NCBI GenBank assembly: GCA_964512695.1
Contig: CAZEJU010000003.1
Coordinates: 9,897 to 73,896, forward strand
Origin: an uncultured Gammaproteobacteria bacterium
GTDB lineage: Bacteria > Patescibacteriota > Microgenomatia > Levybacterales > UBA12049
Reading direction: 5' to 3'
Length of the DNA stretch: 64,000 bases
Under the pieces are notes generated by a model that was given only the letters and a program-made list of their open reading frames with translations, had not been told where the DNA came from and ran no database searches. The position numbers and the translations under genes are program-made. Positions 20,267 through 29,518 of the stretch are shown here, in pieces. Numbering within the stretch: the stretch's first letter is position 1; each line of letters begins with the position of its first letter.

Positions 20267-20784
20267 TATTTCTTTTTCTCCTTTTTATCTAATCTCATTC
20301 GTTCATACTGATGAGCAACTTGTCGAAGCGCTTCCATCGTAGCATAAACATTATTCGCCTGATTCTTTGTGCCTAATACTTTGCTTGAGATATTTTGGAT
20401 TCCCGCTGCCGCAACGACACTTCTTACTGCTCCGCCAGCGATAATACCTGATCCTGGAGGTGCTGGCTTTAACATGATCTTCGCTGCACCATGCTTTACA
20501 TCGATTCTTAATGGAATAGTACCATTAATAATTGGTACTGTTATCATATGTTTTTTCGCTAAAATAATTCCTTTTCGAATAGCTGAAGATACATCCATTG
20601 CTTTACCTAAACCAATTCCTACTTTACCATTTTTATCTCCCACTACAGCTAAAGCAGCAAATCCCATCTTATTACCGCCCTTTGTTTTTTTCGATACACG
20701 GTTAATGTTTACTACTTGTTCTGAGAAGCCATTAAGCATTTCAGCTTCTTTTTGTATATTTTTATTCGTGTTTTTATTATTCAT
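20266..20784 (-). CDS. rpsE: 30S ribosomal protein S5
   Basis: VNINRVSKKTKGGNKMGFAALAVVGDKNGKVGIGLGKA. Directly abuts rplO, so there is no rpmD. Confidence 0.9.
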   Translation of the reverse strand: MNNKNTNKNIQKEAEMLNGFSEQVVNINRVSKKTKGGNKMGFAALAVVGDKNGKVGIGLGKAMDVSSAIRKGIILAKKHMITVPIINGTIPLRIDVKHGAAKIMLKPAPPGSGIIAGGAVRSVVAAAGIQNISSKVLGTKNQANNVYATMEALRQVAHQYERMRLDKKEKKK

Positions 20785-20796
20785 ATATTTAACAAA

Positions 20797-21135
20797 TTAG
20801 AACTGCAATCCTCCCTCTCTGGCACCTTCTGCAATTGCTTTTATTTTACCATGATAGGAATATCGGCCTTTATCAAAAACTACTTCTGATATCTTCTTTT
20901 CCTTGGCAAGCTTAGCAATAGCCATACCTAAAGCTTTCGCACGTTCTACACCAGTTCCTGCTTCTTCTTTACCATCCATAGCGCTAACTATAGTTTTACC
21001 AGTTTTATCATCAATTATCTGCGCATACATATGCTTGTTTGAACGAAATACTGATAACCGCACTCTGTCAGTAATCAATCGGAATTTTTTTCGTATTCTT
21101 GTTTGTCTTTGTAATGCTCTTTTATTTTTATTCAT
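20797..21135 (-). CDS. rplR: 50S ribosomal protein L18
   Basis: RLSVFRSNKHMYAQIID...AKALGMAIAKLAKEKKI..VVFDKGRYSYHGKIKAIAEGAREGGL. Confidence 0.9.
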   Translation of the reverse strand: MNKNKRALQRQTRIRKKFRLITDRVRLSVFRSNKHMYAQIIDDKTGKTIVSAMDGKEEAGTGVERAKALGMAIAKLAKEKKISEVVFDKGRYSYHGKIKAIAEGAREGGLQF

Positions 21136-21161
21136 AGGTATTTTTAACTTTCAATTCTTAT

Positions 21162-21713
21162 TTACTTCGTTCCCACAGCTTTAGCTGCTTTTCCTACTTT
21201 TCGTTTAACCTGTTCGCCTTTATAACGGATACCTTTACCTTTATATGGTTCTGGTGGTTTAATTGCTCTGATTTTAGCAGCAGTTTCCCCAACTAATGTC
21301 TTATCAGTACCAGAAACACTAATAATGTTTTCTGCTACAGCAATTTTAATAGATTTATCTGGCTGGAATTTGACAGGATGAGAAAATCCTAACGATAAAA
21401 CTAGATCATTTCCTTGTACTTGTGCTCTATATCCTACGCCTTGCAATTCTAATTTCTTTTCAAACCCGGTATCTACACCTTTTATAACATTAGCAATTTG
21501 TGCTCGCGTCAAACCATATAAAGCTCGTACCTTACGATCCTGTTGATTAGCCGCACTAAACTGTAATCTCCCATCTGTAAGTGAAACAGTAATACCGTTG
21601 GGAACAGGATATACTACTTCTCCTTTAGGTCCTGATATTTTTACAGTATTACCTTCTACAACAACTTGTATGCCTGACTTAATTTCGATTGGTGTTTTTC
21701 CTATTTTTGACAT
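21162..21713 (-). CDS. rplF: 50S ribosomal protein L6
   Basis: MSKIGKTPIEI start, two L6 repeats. Confidence 0.88.
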   Translation of the reverse strand: MSKIGKTPIEIKSGIQVVVEGNTVKISGPKGEVVYPVPNGITVSLTDGRLQFSAANQQDRKVRALYGLTRAQIANVIKGVDTGFEKKLELQGVGYRAQVQGNDLVLSLGFSHPVKFQPDKSIKIAVAENIISVSGTDKTLVGETAAKIRAIKPPEPYKGKGIRYKGEQVKRKVGKAAKAVGTK

Positions 21714-21808
21714 AGTAAAAAAAATATTCACTCTTAAAAATAAAACAGTAGATATAAATCGCTGCCTTCCCAGTCATTATATATACTATTCAATCTTTAA
21801 TCCCTCTA

Positions 21809-22195
21809 TTACCAAATCTTGAAAAGAATCTCTCCACCAATACCTTTTTTTAAAGCTTCTTTACCAGTCATGATACCGCTACTTGTCGAAATAATTGCTG
21901 TCATAGCTCTATCTTTATCCTGCTTAAGATGTGTATTATCGATATAAACACGAATAGATGGTTTTGAGATCAGTTTTACATCGTGCATTGCTGGACGACG
22001 ATTTTCGTATCGGAGATGCGCAATCAATAGTTTCTTTCCATCTACTTCCTGTTCTTCAATCTTGGCGAGATATCCTTCTTTTACCAATACACGAGCAATA
22101 GATTGATTAATCTTTGAGAAAGGCATAGTGACTTGCTTTTGTCTAGCAAGATATGCGTTTTTAACTCGTAATATAAAATCTCCTACATGATACAT
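21809..22195 (-). CDS. rpsH: 30S ribosomal protein S8
   Basis: DFILRVKNAYLARQKQVTMPFSKINQSIARVLVKEGYL. Confidence 0.9.
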   Translation of the reverse strand: MYHVGDFILRVKNAYLARQKQVTMPFSKINQSIARVLVKEGYLAKIEEQEVDGKKLLIAHLRYENRRPAMHDVKLISKPSIRVYIDNTHLKQDKDRAMTAIISTSSGIMTGKEALKKGIGGEILFKIW

Positions 22196-22205
22196 ATGTC
22201 GGTAT

Positions 22206-22391
22206 TTACCAGCTTGATTTAATAACGCCTGGTAATTCTCCTTTCATCGCTAATTCACGAAAACACAAACGGCAAAGACCAAATCTTCGAAAGTAAGCTC
22301 TCGACCTCCCACAAATACCACAACGGTTTACATGTCTCACCGTATATTTCTGTTTTCTCTTAAATTTAACTATATCTGATGTTTTTGCCAT
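22206..22391 (-). CDS. rpsZ: 30S ribosomal protein S14 type Z (zinc-binding, 61 aa)
   Basis: [38 protein letters not shown]. Confidence 0.9.
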   Translation of the reverse strand: MAKTSDIVKFKRKQKYTVRHVNRCGICGRSRAYFRRFGLCRLCFRELAMKGELPGVIKSSW

Positions 22392-22486
22392 AAATATTTT
22401 TTTTAATAAATAGGTTACTCGAATCTAGCCTCACGAATTATACCATAGTTGTGGCTATTCGCATATTCACCTTATTTATTTATACC

Positions 22487-23029
22487 TTACCGCTTCTCAA
22501 AAGGCATACCTAGAGCCTTTAACAGCGCTAAGCCTTGTATATTATCTTTTGCGGTATTCACAAAAATAATTTCTAGACCTTGTAAACGATCAACTGTTCC
22601 TAGATCTATTTCAGGAAAAACAGAATATTCATGAAATCCTAATGCATAGTTACCTCTTCCATCAAAGCTTTTTGTACTAATACCATGAAAGTCTTTTACA
22701 CGAGGCAATACTATAGTGACAAGTCTTTCCATAAATTCATACATCTTTTTACCCCGTAAAGTTACTGTTACACCAATCGGATCACCTTGTCGAAGCTTAA
22801 ATGATGCGATCGACTTTTTTGCACGAGAAACTTTTGGTTTTTGGCCTGCGATAGCAGCCACAACATCAACCATACGGTCGATAAGCTTTTTATCAGAAGT
22901 TGCATCTTTAACACCCATATTAATTACAATCTTTTCAAGCTTAGGTGTTGCCATAGGATTCTTAATGCCTAGCTCACTTTGCAGGTTTGTAACTATTTCT
23001 TCTTTATATTTTTTTTGTAAATCTAACAT
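22487..23029 (-). CDS. rplE: 50S ribosomal protein L5
   Basis: MLDLQKKYKEEIVTNLQSELGIKNPMATPKLEKIVINMGV. Confidence 0.9.
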   Translation of the reverse strand: MLDLQKKYKEEIVTNLQSELGIKNPMATPKLEKIVINMGVKDATSDKKLIDRMVDVVAAIAGQKPKVSRAKKSIASFKLRQGDPIGVTVTLRGKKMYEFMERLVTIVLPRVKDFHGISTKSFDGRGNYALGFHEYSVFPEIDLGTVDRLQGLEIIFVNTAKDNIQGLALLKALGMPFEKR

Positions 23030-23070
23030 ATGTAAATTCTAATCCTCACTACTTGTTTGAATGTATCAAC

Positions 23071-23376
23071 TTATATTTCCTTATTACACTTTCTACAAAC
23101 TCTCATTTTTTTGTTTTTTTCGAATGTATACCCTATTCGTGTAGGCTGTTTGCACTTAGGGCAGACAAGTGCAACTTGTGAAACTGGCAAAGGCTTTGTA
23201 ATTGTAACAATTTCTGATTGTTGTCCTTGTGCACGAGCTTTAACATGACGTTTGAATTGATTAACGCCAGGAATCAAGACTTTCATCTCTTTAGCAAAAA
23301 CCTTCTCTACTTTTCCAGTTTTTCCTGCGTCTTTACCGTGTAAAATTTTTATTTCATCACCTTTATGTAATTTCAT
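23071..23376 (-). CDS. rplX: 50S ribosomal protein L24 with C-terminal CxxC...CxxC (putative zinc ribbon)
   Basis: KOW region MKLHKGDEIKILHGKDAGKTGKVEKV. C-terminus is VCPKCKQPTRIGYTFEKNKKMRVCRKCNKEI. Confidence 0.85.
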   Translation of the reverse strand: MKLHKGDEIKILHGKDAGKTGKVEKVFAKEMKVLIPGVNQFKRHVKARAQGQQSEIVTITKPLPVSQVALVCPKCKQPTRIGYTFEKNKKMRVCRKCNKEI

Positions 23377-23377
23377 A

Positions 23378-23752
23378 CTAAACAACCTCCACTGCCATAC
23401 TTGCTATTTTTGTAAAGCCCCTATCACGAACTTCTCTTGGAATCGGACCGAATATACGTGTTCCTCTAGGATTTTTATCTTCTGCGTTGTCGATAATAAC
23501 TGCTGCATTATCAGAAAACCGTACATACGAACCATCTTTTCTTCTATATTCTTTTCTCGTACGCACTACCACTGCCTTAACGAGCTCACTATCTTTTACT
23601 TGACCATGAGGTGAAGCACTTTTAACAACACAATTAACAATATCTCCAATTCTACCGAACTTATGTTTCGATCCACCAAAAATATGGACTACAGAAAGTG
23701 CTTTTGCACCTGAATTATCTGCGACTGATAAGATTGATCGTAATTGTATCAT
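23378..23752 (-). CDS. rplN: 50S ribosomal protein L14
   Basis: [28 protein letters not shown]. Confidence 0.9.
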   Translation of the reverse strand: MIQLRSILSVADNSGAKALSVVHIFGGSKHKFGRIGDIVNCVVKSASPHGQVKDSELVKAVVVRTRKEYRRKDGSYVRFSDNAAVIIDNAEDKNPRGTRIFGPIPREVRDRGFTKIASMAVEVV

Positions 23753-24036
23753 GCTTTCTCCTCCTTTTTAGTTCCCTTCACTTTTTTGACTGTTTTTTCT
23801 TCTTTTGGTTGAATGCTTGAAATTTTAAAGTTGATTGTTTTTGAAATTGGCCTTGTTTCTATAATACTTACGCGATCTCCCACAGAAACAGTATGACCAT
23901 CTAAAGCAACACTAAATTTTTTACTTCGCTTTAACAACTTTTTATATTTTGGATGCGGTACTTTTCTCGTAATCTCTACCACAACCGCATTCATCATTTT
24001 CTTAGAAACTACAGTCCCATTAAGAATTTTTGCCAT
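23749..24036 (-). CDS. rpsQ: 30S ribosomal protein S17
   Basis: [41 protein letters not shown]. Confidence 0.88.
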   Translation of the reverse strand: MAKILNGTVVSKKMMNAVVVEITRKVPHPKYKKLLKRSKKFSVALDGHTVSVGDRVSIIETRPISKTINFKISSIQPKEEKTVKKVKGTKKEEKA

Positions 24037-24235
24037 GCGTTAACTCCTTTCCTCGTAAAACAGTACTTACTTGTGCTATTGTTTTACGTAATGAACGTAA
24101 TACACGAACATTTTTTACCTTTCCGCGTGTATGATCTAATCTTGTTGAAAGTAACTCTTTTCGTGAATCACTAAGTAATTTTTTTAATTCTTCTAGTGTT
24201 TGACTATGTAATTCTTTCTTTTTATTCGTTTTCAT
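24020..24235 (-). CDS. rpmC: 50S ribosomal protein L29
   Basis: ELKKLLSDSRKELLSTRLDHTRGKVKNVRVLRSLRKTIAQVSTVL. Confidence 0.85.
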   Translation of the reverse strand: MKTNKKKELHSQTLEELKKLLSDSRKELLSTRLDHTRGKVKNVRVLRSLRKTIAQVSTVLRGKELTHGKNS

Positions 24236-24236
24236 A

Positions 24237-24650
24237 TTACTGAACCCTTCTTTGAATCAATTTCGATCGAACTGGTAACTTATGTGCAGCTCGTTTTAAT
24301 GCTTCTACAGCAACTTCTTCAGTTACACCACCAATTTCAAACATAATACGTCCGGGTTTTACTGTCGCGACATATTCATGAACATCCCCTTTTCCTCCAC
24401 CCATACGTACTTCCGGTGGTTTCTTGGTGATAGGTTTATCTGGAAAGATTCTAATCCAAACACGTCCACCACGCTGTGTATAGTGAGTTATTGCACGTCG
24501 TGCTGACTCAATTTGTCTACTTGAAACCCATCCGGAATCTTCAGCACTTAAGCCGAATTCTCCATATGCTAGTTCAACGCCTCTACTAGCGATACCTTTC
24601 ATACTTCCTCTCATTTGTTTTCGATATTTAACTCTTCTTGGTAATAACAT
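24237..24650 (-). CDS. rplP: 50S ribosomal protein L16
   Basis: [24 protein letters not shown]. Confidence 0.9.
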   Translation of the reverse strand: MLLPRRVKYRKQMRGSMKGIASRGVELAYGEFGLSAEDSGWVSSRQIESARRAITHYTQRGGRVWIRIFPDKPITKKPPEVRMGGGKGDVHEYVATVKPGRIMFEIGGVTEEVAVEALKRAAHKLPVRSKLIQRRVQ

Positions 24651-24662
24651 ATGTAATTAAAT

Positions 24663-24730
24663 TCAAAAGGCAAAATGCAAAAGTTAAAAGATACTATTTT
24701 CAACTTACACTTTTGACCTTTGACTTTTGA
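24663..24730. repeat. imperfect palindrome of TCAAAAG-type units in the rpsC-rplP spacer
   Basis: Left arm tcaaaaggcaaaatgcaaaagttaaaag. The right arm cttttgacctttgacttttgag is its approximate reverse complement. Confidence 0.65.
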
Positions 24731-24734
24731 GTTT

Positions 24735-25379
24735 TTACTTTGCTTCCGATTTGTGAATCCATACCTTTACTCCTATATATCCTTTTTTCGTTAATGACGG
24801 TGTACTAGCGAAATCAATTCTTTCACGAATTGTTGACAAAGGCACTGTACCAATCTGGATTTTTTCTCGTCGACCAATTTCTGCTCCCGCAATTCTTCCA
24901 GAGAGAAGAATACGAACACCTTTCGCTCCAGCACTCATAACACGCTCTGCAGCTTGATTCATAACTCTCTTAAAAGGTAATCTCTTTTCTAACTGATCCG
25001 CGACATTTTTCGCGACTAAATATGCATCTAAATTAGGTTCTTTAATGGGCTCAACACGAATATCAAGTTTCGGCATATGCTTAGTGTTTCTTTTCGTAAA
25101 AAAACCTGTTATTGTTTTCTTTAACTCTTCTAATCCAGTTCCTGCTCTTCCGATAACTATACCCGGACGAGCAACATACACGATAATTTTAAGATTATTA
25201 ATGGATCGCTCTAACTCTATTCTCGATACGCCTGCGCTTTTTAATTTTTCTTGAAGAAGCTTTCTTAATAAGAAATCTTCAAGAACAGTATCTTTATATT
25301 GTTTTTCATTAAACCATCTACTATTCCATTGAAAAACAGCTTTTAAACGTAATGCATGTGGATTTACTTTTTGTCCCAT
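24735..25379 (-). CDS. rpsC: 30S ribosomal protein S3
   Basis: MGQKVNPHALRLKAVFQWNSRWF, KH domain. Confidence 0.9.
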   Translation of the reverse strand: MGQKVNPHALRLKAVFQWNSRWFNEKQYKDTVLEDFLLRKLLQEKLKSAGVSRIELERSINNLKIIVYVARPGIVIGRAGTGLEELKKTITGFFTKRNTKHMPKLDIRVEPIKEPNLDAYLVAKNVADQLEKRLPFKRVMNQAAERVMSAGAKGVRILLSGRIAGAEIGRREKIQIGTVPLSTIRERIDFASTPSLTKKGYIGVKVWIHKSEAK

Positions 25380-25394
25380 AATTTTAATAGTTAC

Positions 25395-25459
25395 AAGTGA
25401 TAAGTTATGAATCCTAAGTCAATAGTGACTGCTAACTTAGGACTTGCGACTTATGACTT
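25395..25459. repeat. imperfect palindrome (about 27-bp arms) in the rplV-rpsC spacer, overlapping the rplV stop
   Basis: Left arm aagtgataagttatgaatcctaagtca. The reverse complement of the right arm is aagtcataagtcgcaagtcctaagtta. Confidence 0.65.
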
Positions 25460-25834
25460 TTTAGTATCCTCCTTTTCTTTTTTCATCTCTTTTTTTACTT
25501 CTTTTATTTCATCTAATATTACTCGTATATGACTACTTCTTTTTTTATAAGGATGAATTCTTCCACGAGTTGAAGGATGAAAACGTTTAAAAGCTTGTCC
25601 TTCAACCACTTCAATATTTGCAATATATAAGCGTGTTCTATCAAGCTTCGCATTGTGTAATGCATTTGCGACAGCACTTTCCATTGTTTTCGCTATTGCC
25701 TGTGCAGCCCGTTTTCGCATAAACTGTAATGAAACTAACGCATTCTCTAATGGTAAGTTTCGTACAGAATCTGCAACCAGTCTTACTTTTCTAGGACTAA
25801 CTCTAACGTTTCTACTTATTGCTTGTACTTGCAT
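25451..25834 (-). CDS. rplV: 50S ribosomal protein L22 with Lys/Glu-rich C-terminal extension
   Basis: VRVSPRKVRLVADSVRNLPLENALVSLQFMRKRAAQAI. Confidence 0.88.
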   Translation of the reverse strand: MQVQAISRNVRVSPRKVRLVADSVRNLPLENALVSLQFMRKRAAQAIAKTMESAVANALHNAKLDRTRLYIANIEVVEGQAFKRFHPSTRGRIHPYKKRSSHIRVILDEIKEVKKEMKKEKEDTKKS

Positions 25835-25852
25835 ATATTTCCTTTCTATTTG

Positions 25853-26137
25853 TTATGTTTTACTTATTTCTCGTGCGACGACACGTCCATGACTTCTGAA
25901 TGTTCGTGTTGGCGAAAATTCACCAAGTCGTCTTCCAACCATACCTTCTTGTACAGAGACATTAATAAAAACACGTCCATTATGAACAGCGAATGTATGA
26001 CCGACAAACTCTGGCGGAATTTGGCAAGCTCTACTCCAAGTTTTTATAGCTGCTTTATCACCAGTTTGCTTTTGTTGTATAACCTTTTTTAATAGATTTT
26101 GATCTATGAATGGTCCTTTTTTACTTGAACGTGCCAT
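25853..26137 (-). CDS. rpsS: 30S ribosomal protein S19
   Basis: [19 protein letters not shown]...HNGRVFINV. Confidence 0.9.
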   Translation of the reverse strand: MARSSKKGPFIDQNLLKKVIQQKQTGDKAAIKTWSRACQIPPEFVGHTFAVHNGRVFINVSVQEGMVGRRLGEFSPTRTFRSHGRVVAREISKT

Positions 26138-26139
26138 AA

Positions 26140-26880
26140 TTAACTTTTCCTCCTTTGAACAATAAATTTATCAGAGTACTTTCTTCGTAATCTTGTTTTC
26201 CCAACTGCAATTCTGCCTGCATAGTTTTTTGGGGAAGGCATACCAATACCTGACCGTCCTTCTCCTCCTCCATGCGGATGAGATCGTGGATTTTGTGCAA
26301 CTCCTCGAACTGTTGGTCTTATACCCATTCTTCGAGATCGTCCTGCTTTTCCAATAACCTCATCTTTCCACTCTATATTTCCTAACTGTCCAATTGTAGC
26401 ATATCCTGTGGCTAAAATGCGTCTGATTTCACCTGATGGGAGTTTTACATGAACATAATCACCTTCACGAGCTGAGACGATCGCACTCGTTCCTGCACTT
26501 CTGGCTATTTGTCCTCCTCTTCCAGGATGTAATTCTATATTATGAATAATAGTTCCTACAGGAATACTTCCTAAAGGAAGCGCATTACCTACTTTAATCT
26601 CAACTGTTGGACTAGAAATAACAATATCCGAAACAGACAGGGTATTTGGTGCCAAAATATATCGTCGCTCACCATCACGGTATTGCACTAAAGCAATATC
26701 AACCGATCTATTTGGATCATATTCTATAGCTACAACTTTTCCTGGAATATCACGTTTATCGCGTTTAAAGTCGATGAAACGATAATATCTCTTATGTTCT
26801 CCACCCTTATGGCGAACAACAACTTGACCATGCGCTCCTCTTCCTGTTGTTTTTCTTTTAATTACCTTTAGTTGTTTCAT
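26140..26880 (-). CDS. rplB: 50S ribosomal protein L2
   Basis: [28 protein letters not shown]...HPHGGGEGR. Start chosen at MKQLK to avoid overlapping rplW; the alternative start is 26901. Confidence 0.88.
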   Translation of the reverse strand: MKQLKVIKRKTTGRGAHGQVVVRHKGGEHKRYYRFIDFKRDKRDIPGKVVAIEYDPNRSVDIALVQYRDGERRYILAPNTLSVSDIVISSPTVEIKVGNALPLGSIPVGTIIHNIELHPGRGGQIARSAGTSAIVSAREGDYVHVKLPSGEIRRILATGYATIGQLGNIEWKDEVIGKAGRSRRMGIRPTVRGVAQNPRSHPHGGGEGRSGIGMPSPKNYAGRIAVGKTRLRRKYSDKFIVQRRKS

Positions 26881-26884
26881 ACTA

Positions 26885-27172
26885 TTATTCAGATAATTCA
26901 AATAAACTAATTTTTTGCCCTGGCTTAACAGTAACTACAGCTTTTTTCATAGGACTCTCAGTTATTTCAGTCCTTCGCAAGCCTATTCTCTTCGTTCTCC
27001 CCTTTATGCGTGATGTTAAAATCATAATGACATTAACATTAAATGTGTTTTCGATAGCTTGCTTAATTGCTTGTTTATTTGCATCTCTCTGTACAAAAAA
27101 AGAATATTTTCCAGCTGCTGCTAATGCCATTGATCGCTCTGTAATAATTGGTTTTACTAATACTTGTTTCAT
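26885..27172 (-). CDS. rplW: 50S ribosomal protein L23
   Basis: [27 protein letters not shown]. The ORF-track N-terminal extension would overlap rplD and is rejected. Confidence 0.85.
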   Translation of the reverse strand: MKQVLVKPIITERSMALAAAGKYSFFVQRDANKQAIKQAIENTFNVNVIMILTSRIKGRTKRIGLRRTEITESPMKKAVVTVKPGQKISLFELSE

Positions 27173-27173
27173 A

Positions 27174-28016
27174 TTATTCTTTTTCTTGTTTCTTTTCGTT
27201 ATTAAGGCTTTTTTCCATCTCATTAAGTGCGCTTTTCATAAAGAAGATAGCATCATGATTTAATACTTCATACGCATGTAATTGACGAGCATAATCATAG
27301 GTTACACCTTCGATATTTCTTACAGCACGGACTACATTAGCATGTTTTACATCAAGGACTAATAAAACTTTATTTTTTTTCTTCATATCTTGAACTTTCT
27401 CTAATAATGCAGCCATTTCTTTGGTTTTAGGCGCAATTTTTTCTAAACCATCAAAAACTTTTACTTTCCCTCTTCTTGCTTTATCACTTAATACAGTAAA
27501 GAGAGCAATCTTTTTCATTTTTTTAGGCATGTCTAGACTGAAATCTCTTGGTTTTGGCCCATGAGCGATACCTCCATGCACAAATATAGGAGCACGTACT
27601 CCACCATGGCGGGCTCTTCCTGTACCTTTTTGGCGATAGATTTTTCTTGTTGATCCATCGACTTCACCTCGAGTTTTTGTAGAGGCAGACCCAGCACGTT
27701 GATTAGCTAAATAAACTCTAGCCGCTTGAGCCACCAACTGAGGGTTACTCTTTACACCAAAAATCTTCCCCGGAAGCGCCAAAGATTCTACAATCTTTCC
27801 AGTTAGATCATACACATCTGCATGTAACGCATCTTTCTTCTGTCCAATTGTACCTTTCTTCATAGACTGATCTACCGATTTTTGCTTTGCACTAGCTGAC
27901 ACTTCAGTTACTGCATCAGTTTTTTTCGTAGTTGTTTTCTTAACAGCTACTTTTACTGCTGTTTTCTCTACACTTTCGACTTTTGATTTTTGACTTTTAA
28001 TTTTTTTCTCTGCCAT
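27174..28016 (-). CDS. rplD: 50S ribosomal protein L4 with about 55-aa Lys-rich N-terminal extension
   Basis: Core LHADVYDLTGKIV...GTGRARHG. Start MAEKKIK overlaps the rplC stop by 3 nt. The N-terminal extension contains a TTTTGA-type DNA repeat. Confidence 0.85.
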   Translation of the reverse strand: MAEKKIKSQKSKVESVEKTAVKVAVKKTTTKKTDAVTEVSASAKQKSVDQSMKKGTIGQKKDALHADVYDLTGKIVESLALPGKIFGVKSNPQLVAQAARVYLANQRAGSASTKTRGEVDGSTRKIYRQKGTGRARHGGVRAPIFVHGGIAHGPKPRDFSLDMPKKMKKIALFTVLSDKARRGKVKVFDGLEKIAPKTKEMAALLEKVQDMKKKNKVLLVLDVKHANVVRAVRNIEGVTYDYARQLHAYEVLNHDAIFFMKSALNEMEKSLNNEKKQEKE

Positions 28017-28017
28017 A

Positions 28018-28815
28018 TTATTGAGAATCTTTCTGTTCTTCCGGAACGTTTGCTTCTTCTGTAACTGTTTCTGTCTCAACCGCTGCATCTGTGACTTTCT
28101 CTGTTACAGATTCAGTTACTGCTGTTTCTACTGATTGTTTTTCCTCTTCTACAAGCAAGGGAACAAACTTTTTGTCTGAAAGCTCTCCTGTTTTTTCAAT
28201 TCTGACAATACTATTAACCGATCCTGGAATAAGTCCTTTTACAAGTACAGTTTTTGAAGTTCCCTTATCCACTACAGCAATCACTTGTAAATTCGCGACG
28301 CTTACTTTGTCTTGACCCATTCTACCCGCCATTCTTTTACCCTTATAAACTCTTCCTGGAGTCGTTGTTTGCCCAATAGAACCAGGAGCGCGCTCTCTAT
28401 CTGATTGTCCATGAGTTCGAGGACCACCTTTAAAGTTATGTCTCTTTACCACTCCAGCAAATCCTTTTCCTTTTGATGTGCCTGTTACTTTAATAATATC
28501 TCCTGCTTTTAAGATAGCGTCAACAGATAAAACCTCGCCTACTGCTGGAAGAGCTTCATCAGCATTTACACGAATTTCACGGATAAGATATGGTGTCGTT
28601 TTAAGATTAGCCTTTTTCGTTAAGCCTAGAAGATTTTTACCTGGTTTTTTTCGGCTACCTATACCCACTTGTACAGCTGCATAACCGTGTTTCTCTAGAG
28701 TTTTTGTGCCTACTACAGCATTATCGCTAATTGCCACAACAGAAACCGGAACTCGAGTTCCATCTGTAAGAAAAGCTTGTGTTTGCTTTGTTTTTGTACC
28801 AAAAATTACATTCAT
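28018..28815 (-). CDS. rplC: 50S ribosomal protein L3 with acidic Glu/Thr/Val-rich C-terminal extension
   Basis: MNVIFGTKTKQTQAF..GTRVPVSVV...FKGGPRTHGQSDRERAPGSIG. C-terminal extension of about 45 aa. Confidence 0.88.
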   Translation of the reverse strand: MNVIFGTKTKQTQAFLTDGTRVPVSVVAISDNAVVGTKTLEKHGYAAVQVGIGSRKKPGKNLLGLTKKANLKTTPYLIREIRVNADEALPAVGEVLSVDAILKAGDIIKVTGTSKGKGFAGVVKRHNFKGGPRTHGQSDRERAPGSIGQTTTPGRVYKGKRMAGRMGQDKVSVANLQVIAVVDKGTSKTVLVKGLIPGSVNSIVRIEKTGELSDKKFVPLLVEEEKQSVETAVTESVTEKVTDAAVETETVTEEANVPEEQKDSQ

Positions 28816-28875
28816 ATTTCCTATTGTTTTCTAAAACTTTTTTTGTATTTTGCATACCTTCTGCCTACAAAAAAA

Positions 28876-28894
28876 GATAGCCCATTCGGCTATC
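28876..28894 (-). terminator. hairpin followed by T7 run on the minus strand, inside the rpsJ-rplC spacer (attenuator-like)
   Basis: gatagcc-cattc-ggctatc preceded by aaaaa on the + strand, so on the minus strand the hairpin is followed by TTTTTTT. Confidence 0.5.
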
Positions 28895-29133
28895 TTCCTA
28901 GTACTGTTACTACTTATGAACCCGAATTTAGGCTGATCGCAACCTCCTCATTATAATATTGTTGGGCATTAAAGTTTTAAACATGTAAGCTTTACAATAA
29001 ATACAAATTTTCTTACTGTTATCTCTAAATTTAAGTTTTCGTAATAATTCGCATTAGAGAATAATGAAATACTCAACATCCGAATTAATACGAAATAGTT
29101 ATATGTGTGAGATTATTTGAGCAGATGTATAAC

Positions 29134-29442
29134 CTACATTTTTATTTCAACATCAACACCGGCTGGAAGCTCGAGATGTGTTAAACTATCAATTGTCTTG
29201 TCTGTTGGAGAAACTATATCTATAAGCCGCTTATGCACTCTTATCTCAAAATGATCCCGTGCATCTTTATCTATAAATGGCGATCTATTTACAGCATAAA
29301 GGCTTCTATCTGTTGGTAATGGAATTGGACCCACTATCTTTGCACCAGTTCGGATTGCTGTATCAAGAATTTGTTGACAACACGCATCGAGAACACGTGA
29401 ATCATAACTTTTTAGTCGTACTCGTATTTTTCCTTTCGGCAT
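29134..29442 (-). CDS. rpsJ: 30S ribosomal protein S10
   Basis: [44 protein letters not shown]. Confidence 0.9.
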   Translation of the reverse strand: MPKGKIRVRLKSYDSRVLDACCQQILDTAIRTGAKIVGPIPLPTDRSLYAVNRSPFIDKDARDHFEIRVHKRLIDIVSPTDKTIDSLTHLELPAGVDVEIKM

Positions 29443-29490
29443 ATGTCTATATTATTAACTCCAACAAACTGTTAAAGAGCACTGTCCAAT

Positions 29491-29518
29491 AAAAAATAGG
29501 CCTGAGGCCTATTTTTTT
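29491..29518. terminator. intrinsic terminator hairpin (A6-stem-loop-T7) at the 3' end of tuf, bidirectional in form
   Basis: aaaaaataggcc-tga-ggcctattttttt overlapping the tuf stop codon. Confidence 0.65.

Noticed and set aside
27173-27223. rplW ORF extended 17 codons upstream (MRWKKALITKRNKKKNN)
   Set aside because: It would overlap the 3' end of rplD by 50 nt. L23 homology starts at MKQVLVKPI.
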